DNA of 64,000 bases from Octopus sinensis (GCF_006345805.1 NC_043000.1:34286001-34350000); one strand, 5' to 3'. Positions 1 to 11,378 are shown, counted from the first letter of the stretch. Made by a program: numbers and translations. Notes: generated by a model from the letters alone, not told the origin.

Positions 1-375
1 ATTCAAACGGCACTAGCACGGAATATGATCTCTCTGATACCGTTAGGTGTAAAAATATTTTCCAGTGCCTTCAAATTTAATATACAATTATTTATAATTG
101 AGGAATCCTACGCTGAAGAGACGAAAATAGTCGGGTAAGGTATAATTATTTATTATCTATGCTTTATACTGACTTAATTCCGAAACGTACGTCTGTAGGT
201 AACCTAATATAGAATGATTTTCGTAATTTTTTCCCTTTTGCCCGCGTAGTTTGTTTTCAAGTGCTTTGGTTTTTCTGGGAACTCCCTTTAAAGTAGAAGG
301 AATAGCAAAGATTTTTTGACTGCTATTTCTAAACTTCGGTATGTGGTGAAGCAAATCGTTGCTGAACCCTAATTA
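1..375 (+). mobile_element. 3' end of a Penelope-like element (possible GIY-YIG C-terminus plus hammerhead-bearing 3' tail), truncated by the window start
   Basis: A frame near the start reads SNGTSTEYDLS, loosely like the PLE terminal P.GLN.E.DLS motif. It is followed by a hammerhead core at 107-199 and ends at a TA tract. Confidence 0.45.
107..199 (+). ncRNA. Type I hammerhead ribozyme motif with an expanded stem II
   Basis: CCTACG(107-112)-CTGAAGA(113-119)...GAAA(182-185)-CGTACG-TC-TGTAGG(194-199). Core CUGANGA/GAAA/GUC is intact, stem I is CCUACG/UGUAGG, and stem III is palindromic ACGUACGU. Confidence 0.65.
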
Positions 376-436
376 TATAGTATGTATGTATATATATGTA
401 TGTATATACATACATACATACATATATATATATAAT

Positions 437-468
<32 letters not shown>

Positions 469-500
469 CACACATTAAGTATAGGATATATATATATATA

Positions 501-845
501 TACACATTAAGTATAGGATATCATCAACGAGTGAAAAATTACATGAACACACAGAGATAAGAACAAGACAAAGTCTAATTACTCTTCGGTTGTCGACTGT
601 TTATTACTAGCTGTTTCGAGCTTTCAACGACAAGACAGGAAAATTTACTCTGGTGTCGTTTGTTCGTTCGAAGCCCTAACTCTCCGTAAATTTTTCTGTC
701 TTGTCGATGAAAGATTGAAACAGGTAGTAAATAAACAGTCGACAACTGAGAATGAGTTAGACTTCCTGTGGTATTTTGTCCTGTACTTATCTTTGTGTGT
801 TTATGTATTTTTCACTCGTTGGTGATAACCTATACTTAATGTGTA
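501..845. repeat. Imperfect ~345 bp fold-back element, probably an inverted PLE-type terminus
   Basis: 501-646 (tacacattaagtataggatatcatcaacgagtgaaaaa...) is the reverse complement, with mismatches, of ~686-845 (...tttttcactcgttggtgataacctatacttaatgtgta). The arms contain a degenerate (c/t)GAAACAG(C/G)TAGTA motif. Confidence 0.75.
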
Positions 846-1204
846 TTTTTAATTATTTATAATTGAACGCTACGCAGCCTTTGTCAGCAGTAAGTTTTTA
901 CACACACACACAAACGCGCACACAAACACATTCTTTTATTCTTATATATATATAAATCTTTAGGTAAATATATTCAATAAGAATATTATATACTGAATTT
1001 ATATTGAGTGCTCCATTGTATAAAAATATTAATACTATTAGAGTATTTATATATTTAATACGAGCGATATATACATATATTTTTAATAATATATTATTAT
1101 TATTAATATAAGGAAATCAATATTGAACTCATCATAAAGATATACCCGTGTGAAAGACCTTATTGTATTAAAAATATATATTAGTAAATAAAAAAAAAAT
1201 AAAT

Positions 1205-2170
1205 ATAATGTATAATGTCTTGTCTCATAGGAAGCTAGTATTTTAAGGACATATTTGAAATAGCAATATGAGTGATATCTTCCACACTTGTATCACACAA
1301 TCAACAATTTCTATCTCAGTTTGGAATTAAAAGTTTATTAGTTGTTATTTATTCTTTCTGGACTGCAAATATGTAATTTTCACGGTAAGATATGATGTCC
1401 TTATCACGGGTTCATAAGAAGCTACTATTCCTGTCAATATTTCTGCTATTCCCGGGCGGAATGCCTAGCGGTATTTCGTCTGCCGTTACGTTGTGAATTC
1501 AAATTCCGCCAAGGTCGACTTTGCCTTTCATCTTTTCGGGGTCGATAAATTAAGTACCAGTTACGCACTGGGGTCGATGTAATCGACTTAATCCGTTTGT
1601 TTGTCTTTGTTTGTCCTCTCTGTGTTTAGCGCCCCTTGTGGATAGTACAGAAATAGGTATTTCGTCTGTCTTTACATTCTGAGTTCAAATTACGCCGAGG
1701 TCGACTTTGCCTTTCATCTTTTCGGGGTCGATGAATTAAGTACCAGTTACGTACTGGGGTCGATCTAATCGACTGGCCCCCTCCCCCAAAATTTCAGGTC
1801 TTGTGTCTAGAGTAGAAAAAAATATTTTTGCTATTCTCTAGCTTACGGCGTCTCTACATGCGTATAACTTTCTGTTGCCAGGAGGAGTATTTCTCCTCCA
1901 TGTCTCTATTTAAGACACTCCACTTACCCTTGATTGTATTTGTTGAGGAGTTCTTCCCCTAATTTTATGATGTTATTACTTTCGCTGTTCAGTGCATTTG
2001 TAGTATAAACTCATTTCTCTCTTTATTGCTCGTAGGCGTTGTATAAGTGACACAATGCGGGACTTGATGCACTTCAAAGCTCTCTCTACCGTTCCAGTCT
2101 TGCGATAGCTCATCTCAGCTTGATGTCCAACCACGGTATTGGAAGTAGTAATTCCACAAGTTGGCTTTCA
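1205..2170 (-). pseudogene. Decayed RLE-type (R4/Dong-like) non-LTR retrotransposon fragment (post-RT to CCHC region), interrupted by SINEs
   Basis: Minus-strand reading across stops and frameshifts gives ERALKCIKSRIVSL, NIIKLGEELLNKY, ENYIFAVQKE and LCDTSVEDITHI...LPMRQD. Confidence 0.6.
1451..1825 (+). mobile_element. Two tandem 5'-truncated copies of tRNA-derived SINE family A with different 3' tails
   Basis: B-box-like gttcaaattcc/ttcaaattac plus the shared core gtcgactttgcctttcatcttttcggggtcgat..attaagtaccagttacg.actggggtcgat occur twice (1451-1655, 1657-1825). Flanks tttctgctattc / tttttgctattc look like a TSD. Confidence 0.85.
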
Positions 2171-2319
2171 ATATATTTCCACCGCTTCTTTACTGTCACA
2201 GCTTCCTCGAAATAGAGATGTTTTTGATTTATCCAAATAAGATAGCCAGATAGCCATTTTGTTTATTACCACGATTATATTAATGGCAATCCTATGTCTT
2301 TGGGTATATATATACATAC

Positions 2320-2451
2320 TTACATGCATAAATACACACACACCACCACACACACACACACATACACACACACACATATATATATATATATATGTATATG
2401 TATATATATATATGTTCACACACACACACCCACATGTACATATATATTCAT

Positions 2452-2510
<59 letters not shown>

Positions 2511-2522
2511 ATATGTATATAC

Positions 2523-2592
<70 letters not shown>

Positions 2593-2647
2593 TATATATA
2601 TAATATATATATATATATGTGTGTGTGTGTGTATATATATATACATA
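2320..2647. repeat. (CA)n/(TA)n compound microsatellite; the overlapping YI/HT ORFs are artefacts
   Basis: Direct reading of the sequence. Confidence 0.95.
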
Positions 2648-2842
2648 GGGAGAGTTTACGAAAAAACAAAAGACGAAGACAGGTGGTGTACAAAACAAAC
2701 AGATGTATTAGTATAACGCTCAGGAATAGAAAAAGTCTTTTACGTTTCGAGCCTACGCTCTTCTACAGAAAGGGACACAGAAAAAACAAGGAGAGAAACA
2801 AGGAGAGAAAAAATGTGTGTTGTGGCTAACGATCTATCATGA
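2648..2842 (-). mobile_element. Short non-autonomous PLE-like element (family E) with a minimal hammerhead-like motif
   Basis: Near-identical copies at 6196-6396 (opposite orientation) and 60249-60410. The minus strand reads CTTT-CTGTAGA-A-GAGC-GTAG-GCTC-GAAACGTA-AAAG (2737-2772). Flanked by TA tracts. Confidence 0.75.
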
Positions 2843-2843
2843 T

Positions 2844-2875
<32 letters not shown>

Positions 2876-2881
2876 ATATAT

Positions 2882-2911
<30 letters not shown>

Positions 2912-2912
<1 letters not shown>

Positions 2913-3930
2913 TTTATTTGTGTATTAAGGCTACCATTAGTTTCCTGTTAAGAAAATATTTTAACAATCTTTCAAGCCTATCCCATGAATAAATCGGTGT
3001 TCATCTCCATTTTGGATTGAAAAAAAATACAAGGATTCACGATAAAGCCTCGCGAGAATTTTTTGTAAACAAAAACAAGAAATGAAGGGGTACGACTCTT
3101 AGGTAACAATTTGTGGGTGATTATCTCCCTTGAGCTTAATTTTGGAAAATATTGTGTTGAATGATGATTTTGTTTATAATATTTGATATCCTGGGCGTGT
3201 GTAATGTTCGTATATTGGGGGGTATCGGCGGAGTGGGTGGTGGTTCCTTTTTGAAATGTCGGAGTGTAAAATATTGCTTATGCATGCAGGGAGAGAAGGT
3301 TTCATTCCTAATGTTTAAGATGTTAACTTTTGAGTGGGAGATGTTTAGCTTTTCAGTAATGCAAAGCTCACATTTGGAACCCCGTTCTCTTCATTTTCTG
3401 GCTTTAGCAATAATGCTCCGTGTTATCTGAGGGTTTGCTTACTCTCCCTTCTCTCAATGCCCATATCATATTGGATTGAGATGTTATTTTTGTCCCTGAA
3501 TGACGCCAGATGCTGTATGTATCTTTCCTTGAACGAGTTGCCAGTCATTCCGATGTATGTTTTTGTCCCTCCGTTGAAGTCCATGATTTTGGCCTTGTAT
3601 ACAATTTGTTTTTCCAGATAAATATTATCTAAAGGACAGCGCTTCGTAGATCTACAGTTACAGTGTCTTTCAGGAGTATTCTTGGTGGAGTTATTTTTAT
3701 TGTAATTGAGTATTATCGACCCTATATTGGGGAGGCAGCTATAACTAAGTTTAACAGTGTTTCTATCGAATATCATATGGTATTTGTGTGAGTGTGGAAA
3801 GTGATTGACAATTAGTTTTAAGAATTTTCTAGCTATGTTAGTGGCTACATTCATGCTATGATCGACTTGAAAAATTGTTAAGATATTTTCTTAACATGAA
3901 ATCAAGGGTAGCCTTAATACACAAATAAAG
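2912..3930 (-). mobile_element. 5'-truncated Penelope-like element (GIY-YIG region plus 3' UTR) bounded by ~75 bp inverted termini
   Basis: ORF 3423-3854 has NTVKLSYSCLPN, CNCR..CPL, IVYKAKI and KTYIGMTGNSFKERY..HLASF. ctttatttgtgtattaaggctacc...(2912) is inverted at ...ggtagccttaatacacaaataaag (3930). Confidence 0.85.
3423..3854 (-). pseudogene. Partial PLE GIY-YIG endonuclease reading frame
   Basis: VY/YIG motif pair, the R and H of FKERY..H, and an upstream Cys-containing linker. Confidence 0.85.
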
Positions 3931-4012
3931 AATCTTTATCAATCAATGCGGTGCTGAGCACTCATTCTCATTGTTCGTCATTTACGTATATATACACAAG
4001 CATGTCTGTATA

Positions 4013-4405
4013 TCATTATATATAAAAGTGAAGTTGTGTGTCTGTCTCCTACGATTTAGATTCCTAACTACTCCCACATTTTGCGGTGCAGTTTAACCAA
4101 AACCGGGTATCTTATAGTCGTGATTCATATCGAGTCCTTCTGGGTATTAGCGCGCGTCTACGATGAGTCTACAATTTAAAAAAAAATTACCATCATTTTT
4201 TCCATTTTAATGCATTTTGTTCGCTATTATATAAGGGAAGTAACTCTCTAAAAATGTCTACGATGAGTCAACGATTTAAAAAAATTTACCATAATTTTTT
4301 TCCATTTTTAATGCATTTTTTTGCTATTTTTTGGCTTTAACTCTCTAAAAATGCTTATATAGTTATTTCCCTTACAAACCGAGCAACGCCGGGCGATACT
4401 GCTAG
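4013..4405 (+). mobile_element. Non-autonomous Helitron
   Basis: A|TC 5' end, subterminal hairpin ccgagcaacgccggg, CTAG|T 3' end. Second copy at 47060-47459. Internal ~65 bp duplication. Confidence 0.85.
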
Positions 4406-4494
4406 TATATATATATATATATATAATAATATATATATATCATATATATATATATATATATAGATTATATATATATATATATATATATATATAA

Positions 4495-4543
<49 letters not shown>

Positions 4544-4547
4544 TATA

Positions 4548-4634
<87 letters not shown>

Positions 4635-4664
4635 GTCTGTATATATATATATATATGTGTGTGT

Positions 4665-4963
4665 GGAGGCGCAATGGCCCAGTGGTTAGGGCTGCGGACT
4701 TGCGGTCGTAGGGTCGCGGTTTCGATTCCCAGACCGGGCGTTGTGGGTGTTTATTGAGCAAAAACACCTTAAAAGCTCCACAAGGCTCCGGCAGGGGGTG
4801 GTGATCCCTGCTGTACTCTTTCACCACTCTTTCCTTCCACTCTTTCTTCTGTTGGCCTGCTCACTTAGCCAGCGGGGTGGCGTCATTCGAAGACTAAAAC
4901 AATGCAAACGCATTGTGACCAGCGATGTGTAACAACATCTGATGGTCTAGTCGGTCACGTGTT

Positions 4964-4970
<7 letters not shown>
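4665..4970 (+). mobile_element. tRNA-derived SINE family B (tRNA-Arg-like head, resembling octopus OR-type SINEs)
   Basis: A-box tggcccagtgg, B-box ggtttcgattcc, 3' end ggtcacgtg.tcacgtga. Reverse copy at 41700-41995. Confidence 0.85.
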
Positions 4971-5004
<34 letters not shown>

Positions 5005-5275
5005 TATATATATCGAATGACCCGTCCGTGTCTTTTGTATCGTCTATCTGAATGTTTTACGTTCTTTCCTATTTTGTATTTATATATATATATATATATA
5101 TAATATATATATATATTATATATATATATATATATACACATATATAAATATCCCATCAAGAGATGCTTGTGTCTCTTAAGGGACCACAGTTCCTTGACTG
5201 AATAAAATATATTTTCAGCATATTGGCATATATTTTTTTTCTTTTTGCCCTTATTTATAATGTATACATACATCC

Positions 5276-5344
<69 letters not shown>

Positions 5345-5519
5345 TTATGTATGTATTTATGTATATGTGTGTGTGCACGCGCGTCTGTGTATATGTATAT
5401 ATGTATGTATATTCACATGTATACATGTGTTCAACCGTATGTATGCTTATAAAATCTCTGGTCTCTTTATATAACATGTATGTGTATATATGTTTGTAAG
5501 AGTGTTTATCTTTCATCTT

Positions 5520-5598
5520 TAACTTGTTTGAGTGAGGAGACTGCGGTCATACTGGAGTACCGTTTTGAAGAATTCTTAATCGATTGAATCGACTCCAG

Positions 5599-5667
<69 letters not shown>

Positions 5668-5780
5668 CATTATTATTTTTGCAAGGCCTGGTACTTATTC
5701 TGTCGATCTCTTCTGTGGAACCGCTAAGTTGTGAGGACGTAAACGCATTAACACCAGTTGTCAAGCAATGGTTTGGCACA
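5520..5780 (-). mobile_element. 3' half of SINE family D with an internal (TTA)n expansion
   Basis: gactgcggtcatactggagtaccg...cctggtacttattct..cgatctctt...gaaccgctaagtt matches the 29615-29997 copy. Confidence 0.7.
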
Positions 5781-6109
5781 CACACACACACACACACACA
5801 CCACACACACACATACACACACACACACATACACACACACACACGCACGCACACATATGTGGTTGGGGAGCAAAATTTCTGAAAATACACAACCACGAGA
5901 TGCACGCACACGCAGGCGCATGCGTATGAGTATTTGCAGAAATGCATATCCACACACATATTGAAAGACATACGGTTACAGAAACATATATACATAGCCA
6001 CATATGTATAAATAATAAATGTTATGTACACGAGGGTACATATGCATCTGGTGTATTTATATGTATATCGAATGCGTGTGTATATAACATAAAATCGCAG
6101 AAAATATAA

Positions 6110-6152
<43 letters not shown>

Positions 6153-6195
6153 ATAATTCATTAGACCTAAGTACATATGTATGTATATATATATC

Positions 6196-6396
6196 AGTCA
6201 CCATGATAGATCGTTAGCCACTACACACATTTTTTTCTCTTCGTGTTTCTCTCCTTGTTTTTTCTGTGCCCCTTTCTGTAGAAGAGCGTAGGCTCGAAAT
6301 GTAAAAGACTTTTTCTATTCCTGAGCGTTATACTAATACATCTGTTTGTTTTGTACACCATCTGTCTTCGTCTTTTGTTTTTTTCGTAAACTCTCT
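6196..6396 (+). mobile_element. Family E short PLE-like element
   Basis: Reverse complement of 2648-2842. Hammerhead-like motif at 6272-6307 (CTTT CTGTAGA A GAGC GTAG GCTC GAAATGTA AAAG). Confidence 0.75.
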
Positions 6397-6577
6397 CTAT
6401 ATGTGTATATATGTAGGTATGTATGTTCGGATGTTTGTATGGGCGTGCGAATGTACGTATTTAATTATATAAATTCTTCCTCTGAAGAAGAAGCTGCTTT
6501 TCTAACAAAGATACGAAGCTCCATCGTTGCAATGTAGATAACAAAAACAATTAATATAATTAACAACGAAAACAATG

Positions 6578-7700
6578 TCAGATTTTAAATCTGAGAAAAG
6601 TCTTGCAGACTTTCACTTTTCCATTTACAGATCCTATCTGTAATGTGCGAGTCGGTCGATTTCTTTTTCTGGAAATCCAAGCTTATCCAGACTGGCAGTA
6701 AATCTTTTACTTACAAAGCCAAGTGCTCCAATTATTACTGGTATAAATGTAAATTTAAGAAATACTAAATTTCTAAATCTCTCGTAGAGACATGTACGGT
6801 GGTGGGGCGATAGAATGGTTGTATACTGTCAGTCTAACACGACCGTGACAGTAGAGGGGTACACCACCGCTGTATAGCCCTAGGAAGCATCGACGCCTCC
6901 TGATGGCTTTGACACATTTTTCCCTGTGTCCTTATGACACAAGGAAAAATGTGTCAAAGCCATCAGGAGGCGTCGATGCTTCCTAGGGCTATACAGCGGT
7001 GGTGTACCCCTCTACTGTCAGGGTCGTGTTAGATTGACAGTATACAAATGTAAATTTGTTATCCGGATAAAGAAATTCCGAAGCAGTTGTCTATAATTAT
7101 CTTTCTTCCTCTTTCATTTTCAAAGTGATATTCGCAACGGCAGGACAACTGATCCCGTTGACGGGACATTCTTTTTCTTGTTAGTCCCAAACAGCAATAG
7201 CCAACCTATTATGCTTACACTTGACAGATGTTTTGGTGGGAATGTTCTACCAGTATTCCTTGCACTAGCATTTGTGTATGTATTCTACAACAGGGGAATT
7301 CTCTGTTTTCCGAATGGCATTCTATAATGTTTTAGCGACAACGTCATGTCACATACGATATTAGTATTCGACGGCATTTTTGGGCAAATACCAATCACCT
7401 GTCATGTCTTTCTCAGAAATATAAGCTACATTTACTAAGGTATCTTACGGTTGAACTCCAAGGGCTCTCTCTTTTGTTGATAAAGTATTAATAGCGATCT
7501 CCTATTCTTGGATTGCCAATGCATAGCCTTCGAAGTGTGGCGTGACGAAGTGGTCACGAGTCCAAGAGAGGCTTCGCTTCATTTCAAGTCTACAAGAAAC
7601 GTAACCACGGATGGTCTTTTTTTTGGTATGCTGAGCACTTCACATTCAGGTCTTCACTGAGGTATGTTAGTCATTAGTCCAGCTGATTTGGGAATGTATG
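6578..7700 (-). pseudogene. Decayed 3' part of an RLE-type (R4/Dong-like) LINE (CCHC to restriction-like endonuclease C-terminus), split by a hairpin insertion
   Basis: Minus strand reads EGYALAIQE, HDVVAKTL, NIPTKTSVKCKHNR, DNYRQLLRN, then after the insertion KFTFIPVIIGALGFVSKR...LQIGSVNGKVKVCKTFLRFKI*. Confidence 0.75.
6757..7045. mobile_element. 289 bp insertion made of a near-perfect 227 bp palindrome (6820-7046) plus a ~63 bp unpaired tail, flanked by a 12 bp duplication
   Basis: aaatgtaaattt at 6745-6756 and 7046-7057. Arms ~110 bp, loop cttat at 6931-6935. Confidence 0.8.
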
Positions 7701-7861
7701 GTAGTGGTTGTGGTGGTGGGGGGTCATCAAGAAGAGAGTACTACCTGAGGAACTCACTTCCAACACGTATATGTATATATGTATGTACATATATATATTT
7801 GTATGAATGACACATTCTACGCATGCGTTTTTATACACCTGTATGTTGTGTACTTACATAT

Positions 7862-8075
7862 TCTTTTCTACTCTAGGCACAAGGCCCGATATTTTTGGGG
7901 AAGGGGCCAGTCGATTACATCGACCCCAGTACGCAACTGGTATTTAATTTATCGACCCCGAAAGGATGAAAGGTAAAGTCGACCTCGGCGGAGTTTGAAC
8001 TCAAAACGTAAAGACAGACGAAATACAGCTATGCATTCCGCCCAGCGTGCTAACGTTTCAGCCAGCTCACCGCCT
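7862..8075 (-). mobile_element. SINE family A
   Basis: Reverse complement of the A/B-box head and the core atcgaccccgaaaggatgaaagg.aaagtcgacctcggcgga.tttgaactc. Confidence 0.85.
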
Positions 8076-8099
8076 TGTTGTGTAATATTAGATGTTTGT

Positions 8100-8473
8100 G
8101 TGTATGTATGTGTTATAGTACTTGTAGAGACGTATACACGCGTGTTTACTACGTGTGTGTGTGTATGTGTGTATGTGCGCGCGTGCGTGTGTGAATGTTT
8201 GAATATTTGTATGTATGTATGCACACGGCGAGACATTTACCCAAAGTGCCGAACAGTGGAGCTGAACCCGAAACCACGTGGTTGCAAAGTGAGCTTCATG
8301 ACCATAGAGCCATGCCTGCACCTACATATACACACATACACACATATACATACATACATACATACATACATGCATACATACATACATACATTGTGATTCT
8401 ATGTTTGCCATGTACGGGTGTGTGTGTGTGTGTGTGTTTATGTGTGTGCGTGTGTGTTTGCTACCATGTCTCC

Positions 8474-8504
<31 letters not shown>

Positions 8505-8568
8505 AATTTATCTACCCATCTGTCTGTCTGTGTCTGCCTGTCTGTCTGTGTCTGTCTGTCTCTGTCTG

Positions 8569-8643
<75 letters not shown>

Positions 8644-8969
8644 TCGCACACACGTGTGTGTGTGTGAGTGTGTGTAAACAAGATGTTGTCTCCTGTCCCA
8701 GATCGTTGTTCCGTTCTTCCTCTCCAGCCAAACAATTCAAAAACTGATGCTGAAACCATTTTGATATCTTGTGATGTTCTGAAGGGCAAACAAACAACTG
8801 CAGAAAACAGACGACAGCTGTATAAATATGATAGGGACCGTGTTTATCTTCTCTCTCTCACACTCCCTCTCTCAATCACATCATACCTTCTCTCTCACCT
8901 CTCACACCTCTACTCAATCATTGTTTTCCTTACATTTTCCCAGTTTGCAACATAACAACTTCCTCCCGC

Positions 8970-9010
<41 letters not shown>

Positions 9011-9177
9011 CTCACTCTCTCAGTTGCGTTTCTTTCTCTCCACTCCTTCCCTAACTTCCTCCCTCCCTCCCTCTCTCTCTCTCATTGTTTTCTTATAATT
9101 TCATTAACTCTCACAGCTGCTCCCCTTTCTTCCCTCCTCGTTTGCACAAACTTTATCTTTCTGTGTTTCTGTCTCTT

Positions 9178-9220
<43 letters not shown>

Positions 9221-9285
9221 ATGTGTGTGTGCGTGAGTGAGTGCTTGCGCGCGTGTTTTGTATATATATATATATATATATATAT

Positions 9286-9324
<39 letters not shown>

Positions 9325-9478
9325 ACGTTCTCGCATCCACCAATGCGGACGCGTATACATATCATACAGACAACACATACATATATATATGTATGTGTGT
9401 ATGAGAGATAGTGAATGCTCGGGCACCTTATGTAAGTATGTATGTATGTATGTATGTATGTATATGTATGTATGTAGG

Positions 9479-9553
<75 letters not shown>

Positions 9554-9971
9554 GTATGTATCTATCTGTCTGTCTGCCTGTCTGTCTGTCTATCTGTCTG
9601 TCTGTTCATCTGTTTGTAACTCATGCACTTTTTGTTGCGTTTTCGCATCATACTCTGATATATGTTACCCCTTGCAGAGAAAGGAATCCTTTCTCCACCT
9701 GTCTGTCTGTCTGTCTGTCAGTCAGTCTGCTCGTCTGTCTGCCTGTCTGTCTTCATGTACACCTGATGTATGTAGTCATCTGTGCATGTATGATGTATAC
9801 ATGTGACTGTGTGTTTCTGTGCATGTATGTATGGCGAATGTATGTATGCATCTTTGTGTGTGTGTGTATGTGTGTGAATATATGTACGCATAAATACATG
9901 AATGTGTGTGTGTATATATATATATATATGAATGTACGTATGTATATATATATCTATATCTATATATATAT

Positions 9972-10020
<49 letters not shown>

Positions 10021-10045
10021 TATATGTGTGTGTGTGTGTGTACCT
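8100..10045. repeat. Compound microsatellite field: (TG)n, (CATA)n, (CT)n, (TATC)n, (TCTG)n, (TA)n
   Basis: Direct reading. The ORFs here are low-complexity artefacts. Confidence 0.9.
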
Positions 10046-10386
10046 TGATATATCTCGACAAATATCAGTAAGCACTCATGGAGGCGTGTATGCACATACA
10101 TGTACGTACGTATGTATGTGCATACATGTGCACTAGCGTGAATGTCATCGCATGTGTGAATCTGCAGATGTAGATGTGCACAAGGGAGTGCGGAAAACTT
10201 TCTGGTTTGGGGGTAAAAGGAAATAAAGGAGAATCAGTCAATTATGATTTTATTCAACATAATCTCCTTTCAGATTCACATACTCATTGCAGCGGTCCTT
10301 CGCTTTCTCTAAGGCCCGTGAAAGAACTCATATGCACACGCCCCCCCCCACACACACACCCGCACCCGCACTCACACACACACATA

Positions 10387-10604
10387 AGGGGAGGGTGCTG
10401 AAAGGCTCTGGCTTTGGGTAAAAGACAATACAGAAGGATCAGTTAATTATGATTTTATTCAACATATTTCCCCTCTCAGATTCACACACTTATTGCAGTG
10501 GTCCTTCAGTTTTTCTAAACCCTGTAAAAAAACTCGGAATGTTGGGTCTCCAGTCGAACCTTTCTTGATAATGCTTAAGCCAGGAACTTTTAAGCAACCC
10601 CTCA
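10387..10604. mobile_element. Mariner-type MITE, with a partial tandem copy at ~10190-10330
   Basis: Inverted ends gagggtgctgaaaggctctggcttt / aagccaggaacttttaagcaacccctc. The body aattatgattttattcaacata...cagattcaca is duplicated upstream. Confidence 0.7.
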
Positions 10605-11159
10605 TGTGTGTGTGTGTGTGTATAAATCGACACGGATATTAAAGAAAATATATCTATATAAACATGCACCTGCAAACATCTCTATAGACATCTTTATACA
10701 CATTCCTACATTTGTATACAAGTCTCTATATCTCTATATACACACATCTACATATGGTTAAATGTCTATAGCTATACATACATTTACTACGCTTCTGGAA
10801 TATTTACGCACTTTCTACTTTAGAGGATCTGCTCTGGCTCCCCTGGTTGGTGCTAGGGATGGATGTTAGTATATATTGTTTCTCAGAATTCTTCCTCGAA
10901 GTAAATCGCTTCTTTCTAGCAAAGAAACAAAGCCTTATCACTAGAATTTAGGTATCTACACCAAAATTGTAAAACTTTTGAAAAGTCGTGCATATTTTTA
11001 TTGTTCCTCTTATAGATTTTAGTTGTAAAATTTATGACAGCTAGTGTTTTTCTATTTCTGAAAATTCTAACTTTTTTCAGATTGTTACTTAAACACTAAA
11101 AGAACCGAATGCTCCGAAAATTATTGACATAAAAGTGAATTTATAGTCAAGGGACGGCG

Positions 11160-11378
11160 GCTTCAGGTTTTGAAGCAGTTGTCTGTAGATAGTTTTCTTC
11201 TCGCTACTTTTGGAGATGTTCATATCTTCAGAGCAGCTGTCATCAGCGACTACACTATTGCTTTTTCTGTTTCAAATATCAATATTAGGCCCGTTATATT
11301 TGCACTTCATAGAAGTTCTGATTGGAATGCTTCACCACTATTCATTATTTTATAGGTGTATTCAATAGTAGATGTATT

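Noticed and set aside
4665-4745. tRNA-like heads here and at 13473, 19251, 29930-29997, 30557 and 41920-41995 as tRNA genes
   Set aside because: They lack a proper acceptor stem and continue into multicopy bodies, so they are SINE heads.
8680-8830. Possible minus-strand exon after a ttttctgcAG acceptor
   Set aside because: No donor site before the sequence runs into microsatellite; peptide not recognisable.
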